A stretch of 64,000 nucleotides of DNA, from assembly GCA_002104945.1 (NCBI GenBank), contig MCFH01000009.1:806001-870000 (forward strand), given 5' to 3'. The translations under genes were made by a program, and so were the position numbers. Origin of the DNA: Piromyces finnis finn (Eukaryota; Fungi; Neocallimastigomycota). The notes under the pieces are model-generated. The model saw only the letters and a program-made list of their open reading frames with translations. It did not search any database and was not told the origin of the DNA. Below are positions 42,820 to 53,497 of this stretch, piece after piece; within the stretch, counting starts at the first letter, position 1, and every line of letters starts with the position of its first letter.

Positions 42820-43335
42820 GGGTTTGTCATTCCAGTTTCTATCCTGGTTGTTAAGACCTACTTAGCATTCATAAGGCTTCTGGTTCGACCCCCGCCATTG
42901 ACAGTTCTTTAGTAATTTTCCTGTTTCAGGTTTGCGCCAAAAGAATAGAGGTTAAAGGTCAATTCAGGTAAGTTTAATCATACCACCAGACTCTACCCTA
43001 AGCATTTAATTCAGATAGGTAGTTTTCTCCGTTACAAGCGGTTTTTCCTCTGAATTTTAGAGTATTCGTAGAAAGGGGTATCAATAAATTCACAGAATAC
43101 TAACTATGATCTTTGAGAGTTATTCTCATCGTTAATCATCCTACGCTAATAAAGGTCTAAGGAGATCACTGTTGTTGGTAGCTCGGTCTTGTGTTAAGAG
43201 TAATAAGCCATTCTATATTAGCCCTGCCCAGAGGGGTGATTGTGCCGATGTCGTACTGATATGGCAACGTACAATAATGTGCATTCACATACCATATACA
43301 ATTCAGGAGGTCAGATGAGGATAAATGAAAGTCTA
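42820..43335. ncRNA. Candidate structured non-coding RNA (GC-rich island, family not identified)
   Basis: About 40% GC against AT-rich flanks, no ORF of 60 codons or more, and several complementary pairs: 43051-57/43086-92, 43061-67/43095-101, 43145-51/43216-22, and a hairpin at 43243-43266. Confidence 0.45.
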
Positions 43336-43921
43336 AAAAATTTATTAAAGTTAATAATAAATAAAAAGCTTCTTAGTTTTTACTTCCATTATAAACTTTT
43401 TATTAAATATTGAAATAGTATATCTTTTACAGAAATTAAACAATAAATAAAAAAATAATTATAGATGATCGTTTGATAATTGTCTGTACTAAATATGTTA
43501 TCAAAAGTATTAATAATTATAAATTAATTACTAATTCATCATCCTCAATTACTTATCCACATTTTCATTACATTATGAATAAATATTAATCAACCAATAA
43601 TTTCTGAATAATAATGTAATAAACATATTATATTAATAATTGTATTGTAAATTAAAATTTTATCAATAACTCATCCCTTTAAACAAAAACAAAAGTAAAA
43701 TATATATAAAGAAGCATTTTTTTTGTCTTTTTTTATTTATTCATATAACAATATTGAAAAGGTTTAAAAAAAAATAAATAGTAATAAGATTAAATTAAAT
43801 AGTTTTACTATATAAAATATTACTTTAAGTTTGTAATTATTTAATTTTAAATCATAAATAAATTAATTTTAAATATCACCATAAAGTTATTTTTTTATAA
43901 CATATTAAAAAAATACAAAAA

Positions 43922-46486
43922 ATGAAGTCGGAAGAAGAAAATACTACAAGCAATCAAGAAAATGGTATTTTTCTATATTATTATTGTTATTATTGTTTAA
44001 AGAAGAATGGTTTATTATAGATATTTATAATAATAATTATAAATTATTTACAATTTTAAATGGTTCATCCATGAATAATATTAATAATTATTATGTAATT
44101 TTAAAAAAAGAAAATAAAAAAAAAAAAGAATAAAACTAACAACAAATTTTATATTTATTAAATGTTTATATATATAGCAACAGTAGTAGCAACTGAAAAT
44201 AAAGAAAAAATTTGTAAATTTTTCAACTCTAAAAAAGGATGTGTTAAAGGTGAAAATTGTGATTTTTTACATATCAAGGTAGAAAAGAACAATTCAAAAA
44301 AAGCTTCAGAGAAGCAAGAAAAAAATAAAAATAGAAACCAAAAAAATAAAGATGAAAATAAAGATGAAAATAATAAAGAAGAATCAAACGATAATAATAA
44401 TAACAAATCCAAAAGAAATAGTAGAAAAGGAAAAAAAGATAAAAAAGATACCTCTGAAAATAATGATAAAAAAATCTGTAAATTCTTTAATACTCCAGAA
44501 GGCTGTAAAAAAGGGGAAAAGTGCCAATTCCTTCATGAAAAAGCCTTGGAACCTTCTGCATCATCAGAAAATAATAGGAAATTGAATAAAAAGAATAATG
44601 ATAAAAAGGAAAATAATAAGGATAATAATAATAAGGAAAATAAAAAGGATAACAGTAAAAATAATAATATGAAAAATAATAATGAAAAAGATAAAAATGA
44701 TTCCGTCCAAAAAGAAGACAACAATGTTACTGTAAAGATCTCTTATCCAAAGAATTTTAATAGTGCTAGAAGACCTGTTGCAAGACCTCAACCAAGAATA
44801 CCAGAAAATAAAACACAAAGAGATATTGAAATTGAACAATTAGAAAGACGTTACAGAGAATCATTTAAAATTATTGAAAAAATTCCAGCTTACACAAAAG
44901 TTGCCTTTAATTTTGCTCCAACTGATCCAGATTTCCCATTTGAATTAGATTTCATGAAAATAGAATTAGTAGTCCCAATGACTTATCCAATTGGATCATG
45001 TAAAATAGCAAATATTATTCATCAAGACATTCCACAAAACCTTATTAACAATATTATCAATACATTCAATCGTAAAGCTAATATTAAGCCACGTTTACCA
45101 TTAGTTAATTTAATGAATTGGCTAGATCATAATTTAGAAGATTTATTAATTAATAAACCAGAAGAACCATCCGTCGTTATATCTTTTGTTTCTAATATTA
45201 AGAAACCAGAAGATGAAGCAAAAGAAAAAGAACAAGAAAACAAAAATGAAAACAAAGAAGAAAATAAATCAGGTGATAATGATGATAGTGACAGTGATAG
45301 TGATAGTGAAGATCATAGTGTTGATCTAAACGATATTGATTTTGATAATCAAATTAGTGATGATGAGGATGATGAGGATATAGACGCATTATATTCAGAA
45401 AATCAAAATGCTAATCTTACACATGGTTATGAAGAAGAAAATGATGACGATGTTGACATTGAAGAAGGAGATGAAAATGAAAATGCAGTTAGACCAACTG
45501 CTCTCTCTTCAGAAGTTCCAAAAGGTATTCATATTCGTTTACCAAATATTAAGGTTAATGGTATCGCATTACTTCAATGTGTTGGATTAAGTCTTTCCTT
45601 AAAATGTGATCGTTGTAGAAATATAATTGATTTCCGTGATATTAAGCCTATGGGTCAATTAAAATTAAAATCAACAAATACCAACAATGAAGAGAATAAA
45701 GAAGAAGAAAAACCATTCATTGTTAATTCTGTTTATTGGAAACACTGTAAAACTTGTAGACAAGCTATTGGTGTTCGTTACCGTTCAGAATATTTAAGTC
45801 AATTTTCTTTAGCTATTGGTTATATCGATTTAGAAGGCTGTGTTCCATTTGACTTTTTACCAAGTAATTTTGTTATTCAATGTGAAAAATGTAACACAGA
45901 TCAACCTGCTTTAAACGGTGTTAAGCGTTCCCAAGATAATGATGTCTTTTGTAAGAAATGCTATAACCATATGGTCTTAAATATTGATTTAATTAAATAT
46001 GTAAAATTTGCTCAAACTGAAAAATTATGTGATGATGGATTACCAGCCGCCTCACGTATCAAGTTAAAGAAAAAGAAGGAAAAGGAACAATCCTTAGGTA
46101 TTATTCAAGGACAACCTTTACCAAATAAAGGGGTATGTGAACATTATAAAAAATCATATCGTTGGTTCCGTTTCCCATGTTGTGGAAAAATTTTCCCCTG
46201 TGACGTTTGTCATGATGCTCATAGCGATCATGAATCAAAATGGGCCAATCGTATGATTTGCGGTTTTTGTTCTAAAGAACAACCTTTCAGTGATAAAGAT
46301 TGTTCATGTGGTAAATCTTTAACAAAAAAAGCGGCAAGTCATTGGGAAGGTGGTAAAGGTAATAGAGATACATCTACTATGAATAAGAGAGATAAACAAA
46401 AATATTCTGGAATAAATAAGACAATATCAAAAAAGGCTCAAAAGAAAATGGACGCAAAGAAATCTAAAAAGAATACTAAGAAATAA
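43922..46486 (+). CDS. Zinc-finger protein: two CCCH fingers, RWD/UBC-like segment, acidic linker, Cys-rich CxxC region and C-terminal CHY zinc finger; 2 exons
   Basis: Exon 1 MKSEEENTTSNQEN (ATG 43922, GTATTT donor) splices into 44178. Motifs: ICKFFNSKKGCVKGENCDFLH, ICKFFNTPEGCKKGEKCQFLH, FAPTDPDFPFEL...VPMTYP, and GVCEHYKKSYRWFRFPCCGKIFPCDVCHD...MICGFCSKEQ (CHY). Confidence 0.9.
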
Positions 46487-46845
46487 ATAGAAAAAGATAA
46501 CTTTTTGTATATATATAAAAATAAAAAAAAAAAAAAATATGAAATTATGATGAAATAGAAATGATATAGAGCTATTAGTAATGATTTTTCTTTTTCTTCT
46601 TCTATTTCATAATAATAATCCTATAGGATTATATTTTATTTTTTTTTTTCTTTTTAGATACCCATATTATTATTGATATAATTATTTTTTTTTATTATAT
46701 TATGTATTAGGACAAATAATATGATTAAAAATTTATAAAAGAGTTATATTTTTTTTTATAATATTTTTTTCTAATACCTATTGTATATATAGTTTGTAAC
46801 ATTTATAAATAAAATAGAAGTAATATATATGTATATATATATATT

Positions 46846-46876
<31 letters not shown>

Positions 46877-48846
46877 TAGAGGGATTAAACATTGTATAAT
46901 AATAGTTTGATTTTATAAAATGGATATTATTTTATTTTTATTTTTAGTGTTAAGAAAAAAGCAATTCAATGTAGGGTTTAGTAATATCAAACACGCGTAA
47001 TGATGGTAAAAGAATATTTTAAGTTGTTATTTACACAATCAAAACAATCAAAAGGTGAATCGAGTTTACTAACAACAAACAATAAACCAAAACTAGAATT
47101 TACAAAAAAAATTTACAACTTGAATTTCAAAAGAAACTTTAATCAAAACATAGAAACAATTTTTTGTACTATCCAGTACTTTTTTAAGAAGAGAGATACA
47201 TTTTTTTTCCCCATATACATTATATTTATAATTTTTATTAGTATTTATTTTATATTCAATTTACTTTTAATTAGAATTAATTATCATGTTAGTCCCTTAT
47301 ATAAAAAATAAGAATTATATCAGACGTGTTAATCGCTCTTATGATATCCCTTTAGATAATATTAGCTTCTTCTTTATTCGTGGTATTCGATCATGGTCCG
47401 TTAGTATGCTATGGAAAAAACTCGATGTTATTCTGAAGGATAATTTTAATTCAGTTATTAGTATCAAATATTTTAAGAATTTCAATGATCACTTTTTTCT
47501 TAGTCAAGGTTCATGGTTTAATGAAAGACTCTAATAAAATCTTACACATCTTAAAGAAGAAACTTTCCGTTGCCTCAATTTCCTTTTCAGCTCGTAGTAG
47601 AAGGGATCACAAATACACTTTTTTCTCACTCAAAAGTAAAATTTTAGTTTCTAATAAACATTAATAATCAATTCAACAGTCGGTTCAACAATCTCATCAA
47701 CAATTAGATCTTCTACAAGATCTTCAACAAGATTTCTAACATGAAAATATTCCAGATCTGCAACAAACACAATTTCAACCTCAACATTCAACAATTAATT
47801 CTAATAGTTCTATCTATCAACTCTGATAACAGTTCAATAGTTGATAGTTCTTCAGTTACACAGCCATCTAATAATAGTTCAACTAATTCCTCTGAAGCAT
47901 CATCCATTTATAATGATGACTATAATAATAATAGCAACGATTCTTCTTCATCCAACAAACCTGATAACTTTTCTTTTTGTCTTAGTTGGAACACCAATGG
48001 GTGGAATTACGAAAAGAGAGATAGTATTTATTTTACAGCTATTTTTAAATCATTATTTTTATGTTTTCAAGAAACAGGAAATGGTCCTGAATCGAATAGT
48101 GTTACTTTACGAAACTATAGACACTTTTTCAAGAAAGCTGATGAATCAGCTCCTGAAATGAGAGAGATTTATATTTAGGTATTCACAATTATTCGTGTCA
48201 AGCCTCACTTGAAAACTTTTCTGGAAAGTATATTATTTCTATATATATAGATTCAAATACTCGATTGGAAATGTTTATATGCCTCTTAGTCATCACAATA
48301 TCTATGTTGATCAATCTTCCGACATTGATCGTGCTCTTGTCAATTCGAAGATGAAAGATCTTATATACTCAGGATCATTTAGAAATGATTTTTATCCTGT
48401 ATTAGATTATAAGCCATTCCTTATTAATGGTAAAATTATTCCTATGATGATTTAGTATAAATCCTAGATTTTTGGCCATTTTAGCCAGACTTTTTAGCCA
48501 GGCAAAATTTGACCTTAGGCAGACTTTTAACCAGGAAAAATTCATCCTATGGATGATTTTTCTAATAACTTTAATGTTCCTAAGAAAATTCTGAAATGGA
48601 ATAGATTAAAATGTATTGAGGAAAAGTAATCTATTCTCAGTCATAATAAATTCTAAATACTTTCAGCAAAACTCAACAATCCTAATGTTTCTACAGATGA
48701 ACTTTCCAAAGAGTTTACTTCAACTGCTTTTTCAACTGCAGACGAGCTCAGTATTACTTCAGTAAATAATGTTATATAATCTTCATTTCATATTTCGCAA
48801 CAAATTTTTAATCTCCAAAAAATCAAAATGAAGCTGTAAAATGGAT

Positions 48847-49290
48847 TTAAAAAAGAAAGATTATTATAACCACATTACCAACAGCAAAACGGTAGCAATT
48901 AGAATCTTTTTTATTAACATAAACTTTATTTAACTTACTACAGCTACAAGTAAATGGTTTTTCATATCCAAATTTTCTTGGGAATAAAACACCACCATTA
49001 CGAACCACACCGTCTTCAAACCAGCCTTTAACATTCTCATTAAAGCAATTAAGGTATCCTGTTTCATAACTTTGTCTACACACAGGATCATTTCCACCAC
49101 GATAATCAGAAACTGGTATATCAGCTCTACGACCACATACATAAAGATTACTACAACCATTATCTGTGTTACCTATATAATAATTATGACCTTTATGAGG
49201 GTTATCTACACAGTTACCCAAAAGTTTACACCATTCCCAAACAAATGATGAAGAAACCAATAAGCAAAATAAAAATAATTTATATAACAT
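48847..49290 (-). CDS. Intronless small secreted Cys-rich orphan protein (147 aa) nested antisense inside the LINE; possibly 3'-truncated
   Basis: Signal-peptide-like MLYKLFLFCLLVSSS, nine further Cys, an open frame amid stop-riddled LINE sequence, a T-rich leader, and TATATAAA on the minus strand near 49425-49432. Confidence 0.7.
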   Translation of the reverse strand: MLYKLFLFCLLVSSSFVWEWCKLLGNCVDNPHKGHNYYIGNTDNGCSNLYVCGRRADIPVSDYRGGNDPVCRQSYETGYLNCFNENVKGWFEDGVVRNGGVLFPRKFGYEKPFTCSCSKLNKVYVNKKDSNCYRFAVGNVVIIIFLF

Positions 49291-51698
49291 TGTTAATATT
49301 TATAAAAATATACAAAACATAAAATACAATTATAAAACAAGAACAAAATAAAAAAGTATAAAGGGATACACAAAATCAATGGGTTAGAAAAATTTAAATG
49401 GAAAATATTTCAATTAGATATATTTATATAACCATCCCAGAAGGATAGAAATTATAGAAGAGGATTTTGGAAACTTAATAAATCCCTATACAGATAAAAG
49501 CAGTCAGGAAGACGGTGGAATGAAAAAATTACATCTTTAATTTATGATACAGATGAATTTACTAATAGGATTAAAATTGGAAAAGTTACTTTCTTTATTG
49601 CTCAACCAATTAAAAATAAGAATGGAGATTTAGTTGTTGCTACGGAAGAACAACTAGAGTTATGACATGATCACTTCGAAAATCTTGCGTACGATCCAAG
49701 TGGTGTAAGTCTTGATTTGGAACATTGGTATGAAGAACCAATGAATAAGCGTTTTTCACTCCTTATACTTGATGAATGAGATATCAACCAAGATATTAGT
49801 ATTGATGAAGTCAAGTCAGCTATCCTCCTTACTCCAAATTACAAAGCATCAGGTCTTCTAATTGAATTTTACAAAGCATTAATTCCATCAAGTAATGATT
49901 CTAATAATGCTACAGATAATAATTCTTCCGGTAATACCACTTCAGATAATGATGCTAATGGGTTAAATTTTATTCTTAAATTATTCAACCGTATTTGGGA
50001 TGGAGACTTTCCCAACTCATGGAATGAATCCAGTATTGTTTCTATTCCTAAGAAGGGAGATTTGACAGATTATGATAACTACCGAGGTATATCACTTATC
50101 AATAATGGTATTAAGTTGATTTCAAAAATTGTCACCACTAGAATTTCAGAATATGGTCTTAAGAATAATTTCATTAAATCCGAACAATTTGGTTTTCGAA
50201 AAAAAGGAAGAAAATATCAGTATTTTCATTTCAATCCAAGAAATATGTCGTAGATATCAATTAGATAATAAAGAGACATATTTAGCCTTTTTAGATCTCA
50301 AGAAAGCATACGATTCAATCGGTAATATTCTATATTCTCTATAAATTAAATTGTTTAGGAATCAGAGGTAAGAGTTTACGATTCAAAAAAATTTATATTT
50401 AACATCTAAGGCCAATGTCAAATTAGATGGACAATTCTCAAAATCTTTTGATATGAAGAAAGAAGTCCATCAAGGTTGCTCACTTTCACCTATTCTTTTT
50501 AATTTCTTTATTAATGATATTTTTAAAGAGTGCAAAGATCTCGAAGTTAATTTAGGAGGCATTCGATGTTGTGGTGGACTTTTTGCAGATGATATAGTTA
50601 TTTATGCTCCATCAAGAAGATGCTTAAAAAAGATGCTAAAAAGAGTTAATGAATGGGCTTTGTATAATGAAATGGAATCTGGTATCCGGAAATGTTCAAC
50701 AATGGTGATTCGTCCTGAATCATTAGAAAATCAGAACAAGAAAGATCCAACATTTTACTTAGCAGGAAAACCCATTCCAACTACTGATTGCTACCTTATT
50801 TTGGTGTTCCATTTGATAAGAATTTGTCCCTTAAACCAATAATTAAAGCTCTTAATAGCAAGGTTTTGAAAGGACTTTTCTCAATCAGTAAATTCTTAAG
50901 AAATCCTAATATTCTTACTCCTTTCAAAAAGCTAGTACCTAACTCACAAGTGATCAGCAGAGTTTCACACTTTGCACCATTACTTGGATCCAACAAAGTT
51001 AGGTCTAGGATTGCTCAGAAGCATGTTAACAAAGGAATACGATGGGTTGCCGGAGTTCATAAGGCTGTATCGTTTATATCTCTATACTATATTTCAAAAT
51101 ATTTGAATATTCCTCCGCTGTCAGCCAAATGCGCATTAGCTCAGGTTAGATGTTTTAACAAATGAAAAACACATATTGTATTATTTCATACCTTGTCAAT
51201 TACATTCCTAAATTTAGAAAATATATATGGTGCAAATCAAGTAGGACACTTGATAAAAAACTAAAGAAGCATGGAGATGTTAAAGCAGTTAAAAACTTTT
51301 ATTGGAAAGATCTCAAAAGGAATTCAATCATAGCGCAATATTATGATGATAATAAATTTATTGAAACTAAAGATTTTATCAAATTATGTTATGAGTACCC
51401 AGAGTTTGCCTATGGCTTCTACTGGCTATTGAAAGCAAGAAACAGATACAAGTTGGATGCTAGAGTTACCAAAGCTGCTAAATTTGTTGATCCAGTTTGT
51501 CCTAACTACTGTCCATGTTGCATGAGTGGAGATCAAAGTATTAAGCATTGGTTATTAGATTGTCCATCATTTAGAGATATACGTATTAAACATTACAATT
51601 CCATAGTCCAACAATTAAGTTTTTTCAGTCAGTGTAATTCCAACAGTCCTATCAATAATAATGAAAATGTTAATATAAGTAGAGATAGCAATAATATT

Positions 51699-51839
51699 AA
51701 TAGTAATAGTAATAGTAATAGTAATAGTAATAGTAATAGTAATAGTAATAGTAATAGTAATAGTAATAGTAATAGTAATAGTAATAGTAATAGTAATAGT
51801 AATAGTAATAGTAATAGTAATAGTAATAGTAATAGTAAT
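51699..51839. repeat. (AATAGT)n hexanucleotide microsatellite (~23 units) encoding poly-(Asn-Ser) in the LINE C-terminal region
   Basis: Directly visible perfect repeat. It explains the antisense poly-Leu ORF 51629..51874. Confidence 0.95.
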
Positions 51840-52569
51840 TTTAATAATAGTAGTAATATTAGTAATAATAGCAATAGTGAAGATAATAATTCTAATTTAG
51901 ATAGTAATTTATAATAGTAATAGTTCTAATAATCCAGTGAATATTAATGTGTATGACTATTCTTGTGTGTGTAATAAAATATTTAAATTCCTTCTTGGAG
52001 GAAGAAGTTTTAACAATATCAATTACAACTCAAGGGAATGGAAAGAACTATGCAAGTGTCAGATTCAATCAAACACTTACAAAGGAACAACATTCTTGAC
52101 GATAACAGCAGAACTTCTAACCAAAATCATGCCTTTTGTTATTGGCCAGCAATGGTCAATGTTCAAAAGGTTTGAAGCAACATCCAAGAGTATCAATACT
52201 GAAGAAACAGTAAGACAGGCCAGGACCAGCGCAACCAATGGAGATCATAATTTTGTCCCATGATAAAATTTTAATCTTTGGCTCGGTATCCCATTGGAAG
52301 TCAACTTTAGTATAATAGTGGCTTTCTTACTTTAAGTAAAATTACTAGAATACATATACCCAATTTTTATTCATTTGTGTTTATTTAAACATATTTTTTT
52401 TATTTTTATTTTTAATTATAAGTTTGTTTTTTTATAATATGCATTATAATTTTAATTAAATTAATAATAAAGTTTAAAAATATTTGATGCCATTAAAAAA
52501 AAAAAAAAAAAAAAAAAATAGTGAGCCACCACATTATTATTATTACACCTAACGATTATTCTAGTTCAT

Positions 52570-52975
52570 TAAATAATAATTTATATTTAAATTCTTTCTT
52601 GAAGGTATAAAAATATTTTAATAGCAATAATTCAAGGGAATGGAAAAGGATTTTGTAAATTTTCAAACTAAGTCAAGTCCCTTTCTTGACAGTTACTGCA
52701 GAACTTCTTACCAAAATCAAAATCATATTATTATATGATTTTAATTTGCCAACAATAATAAATATCAATACAAAAAGTATCAATGCAAAAGAAAGAGTAA
52801 TATAAGACATTAGGACCAGCACAATTAATGTTGCCTATAGATTTTTTATCATGCGAAATTTATCAAGATTTTTGTTTTTAGTTCTCATATTGGAAGTCAA
52901 ACCTAATATTTATACTTTAGAATAATAGTAGCCTTACTTTAACATTACTAAAATACATTATATTCAAATTTCATT
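52570..52975 (+). mobile_element. 5'-truncated, more degraded second copy of the same LINE family's 3' end
   Basis: Shares TTTAAATTC.TTCTTG.AGG, TCAAGGGAATGGAAA, TTCTTGAC..T.AC.GCAGAACTTCT.ACCAAAATC, AGTATCAAT, AGGACCAGC and ATTGGAAGTCAA in the same order as 51975-52350. Confidence 0.85.
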
Positions 52976-53497
52976 TTAATTTTTTTTCTCCTTGTTATTT
53001 TTAAACTTTATTTATACGATGCAAACAAATATTAATTAACATAATACAATAAAAGTTTCAAAAAAACAAAAACTACCTTTAATGTATATCTAAACAGTCC
53101 TAAGAATAATAATTTATTATTCTTATTATACTATGCTACAGCTATAATTATTGTATTACCTACTAAAAAATTACATTGCACAAATTATTTTAAAAATTTT
53201 AATTTAATTCATTTTTAAATTAAATTTTAATAAAAAATAAATCATATTTCAATATAATAAATAAGATAGGAATAATGAAATCTTCCACTTTTTAAACAGA
53301 GAAAAAATATTTTTTTTAAAAACTCTACTTTAATCCATTAAGTATTTTGGTAATTTTGTGTTAAATATAAATAAAAGATAAATAAATAATAAACAAAGAA
53401 AAACTTTAAATATAATAATAAAAAAAAAATAAATAAAATAAAATTTCTATTTATAATTATTTGTTTCTTTTTATAGAGAAATTTAAATTTCATAAAA

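Larger units (their letters stand above)
46970..52518 (+). mobile_element. Decayed non-LTR retrotransposon (LINE): APE endonuclease, reverse transcriptase, C-terminal CCHC, 3' UTR and poly(A); many stops and frameshifts; 5' end approximate
   Basis: APE: LSWNTNGW...LCFQETG. RT: NYRGISLINNGIKLISKIV, EQFGFR, AFLDLKKAYDSI, QGCSLSPILFNFFIND, LFADDIV. C-terminus: CPCCMSGDQSIKHWLLDCPSF. AATAAA-containing 3' region and A24 at 52495-52518. Confidence 0.92.

Noticed and set aside
42826-42903. tRNA-like segment (TGTCA...GGTTCGACCCCCGCCATTGACA)
   Set aside because: The T-loop-like GGTTCGA is present, but the T and acceptor stems have multiple mismatches, there is no D-loop GG or A-box, and no canonical anticodon loop. 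It does not fit tRNA-Sec either.
42885-42905. Cobalamin-riboswitch-like CCCCCGCCATTG
   Set aside because: No upstream GGGAA..GGUG.AA.UCC and no B12 box; a single short motif only.
42800-42975. U1 snRNA on the minus strand (ACTTACCTG at 42965-42973)
   Set aside because: No U1-70K loop (GAUCANGAAG), no U1A loop (AUUGCAC) and no Sm site downstream.
43220-43250. RadC/JAB-like HNHPSG peptide on the minus strand
   Set aside because: It lies in a ~30-codon stop-bounded frame without the rest of the domain, so it is probably chance.
43312-43335. Hammerhead ribozyme core (CAGATGAG...GAAA)
   Set aside because: The invariant CUGA reads CAGA, and no convincing stem I or stem III can be formed locally.
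42820-43335. RNase P/MRP RNA (CAAUUCAG, GAAAGUC and UAGAAUGGCUUA resemble CR-I/CR-V pieces)
   Set aside because: The motifs are in the wrong order or on the wrong strand, and no P4 pairing can be built.
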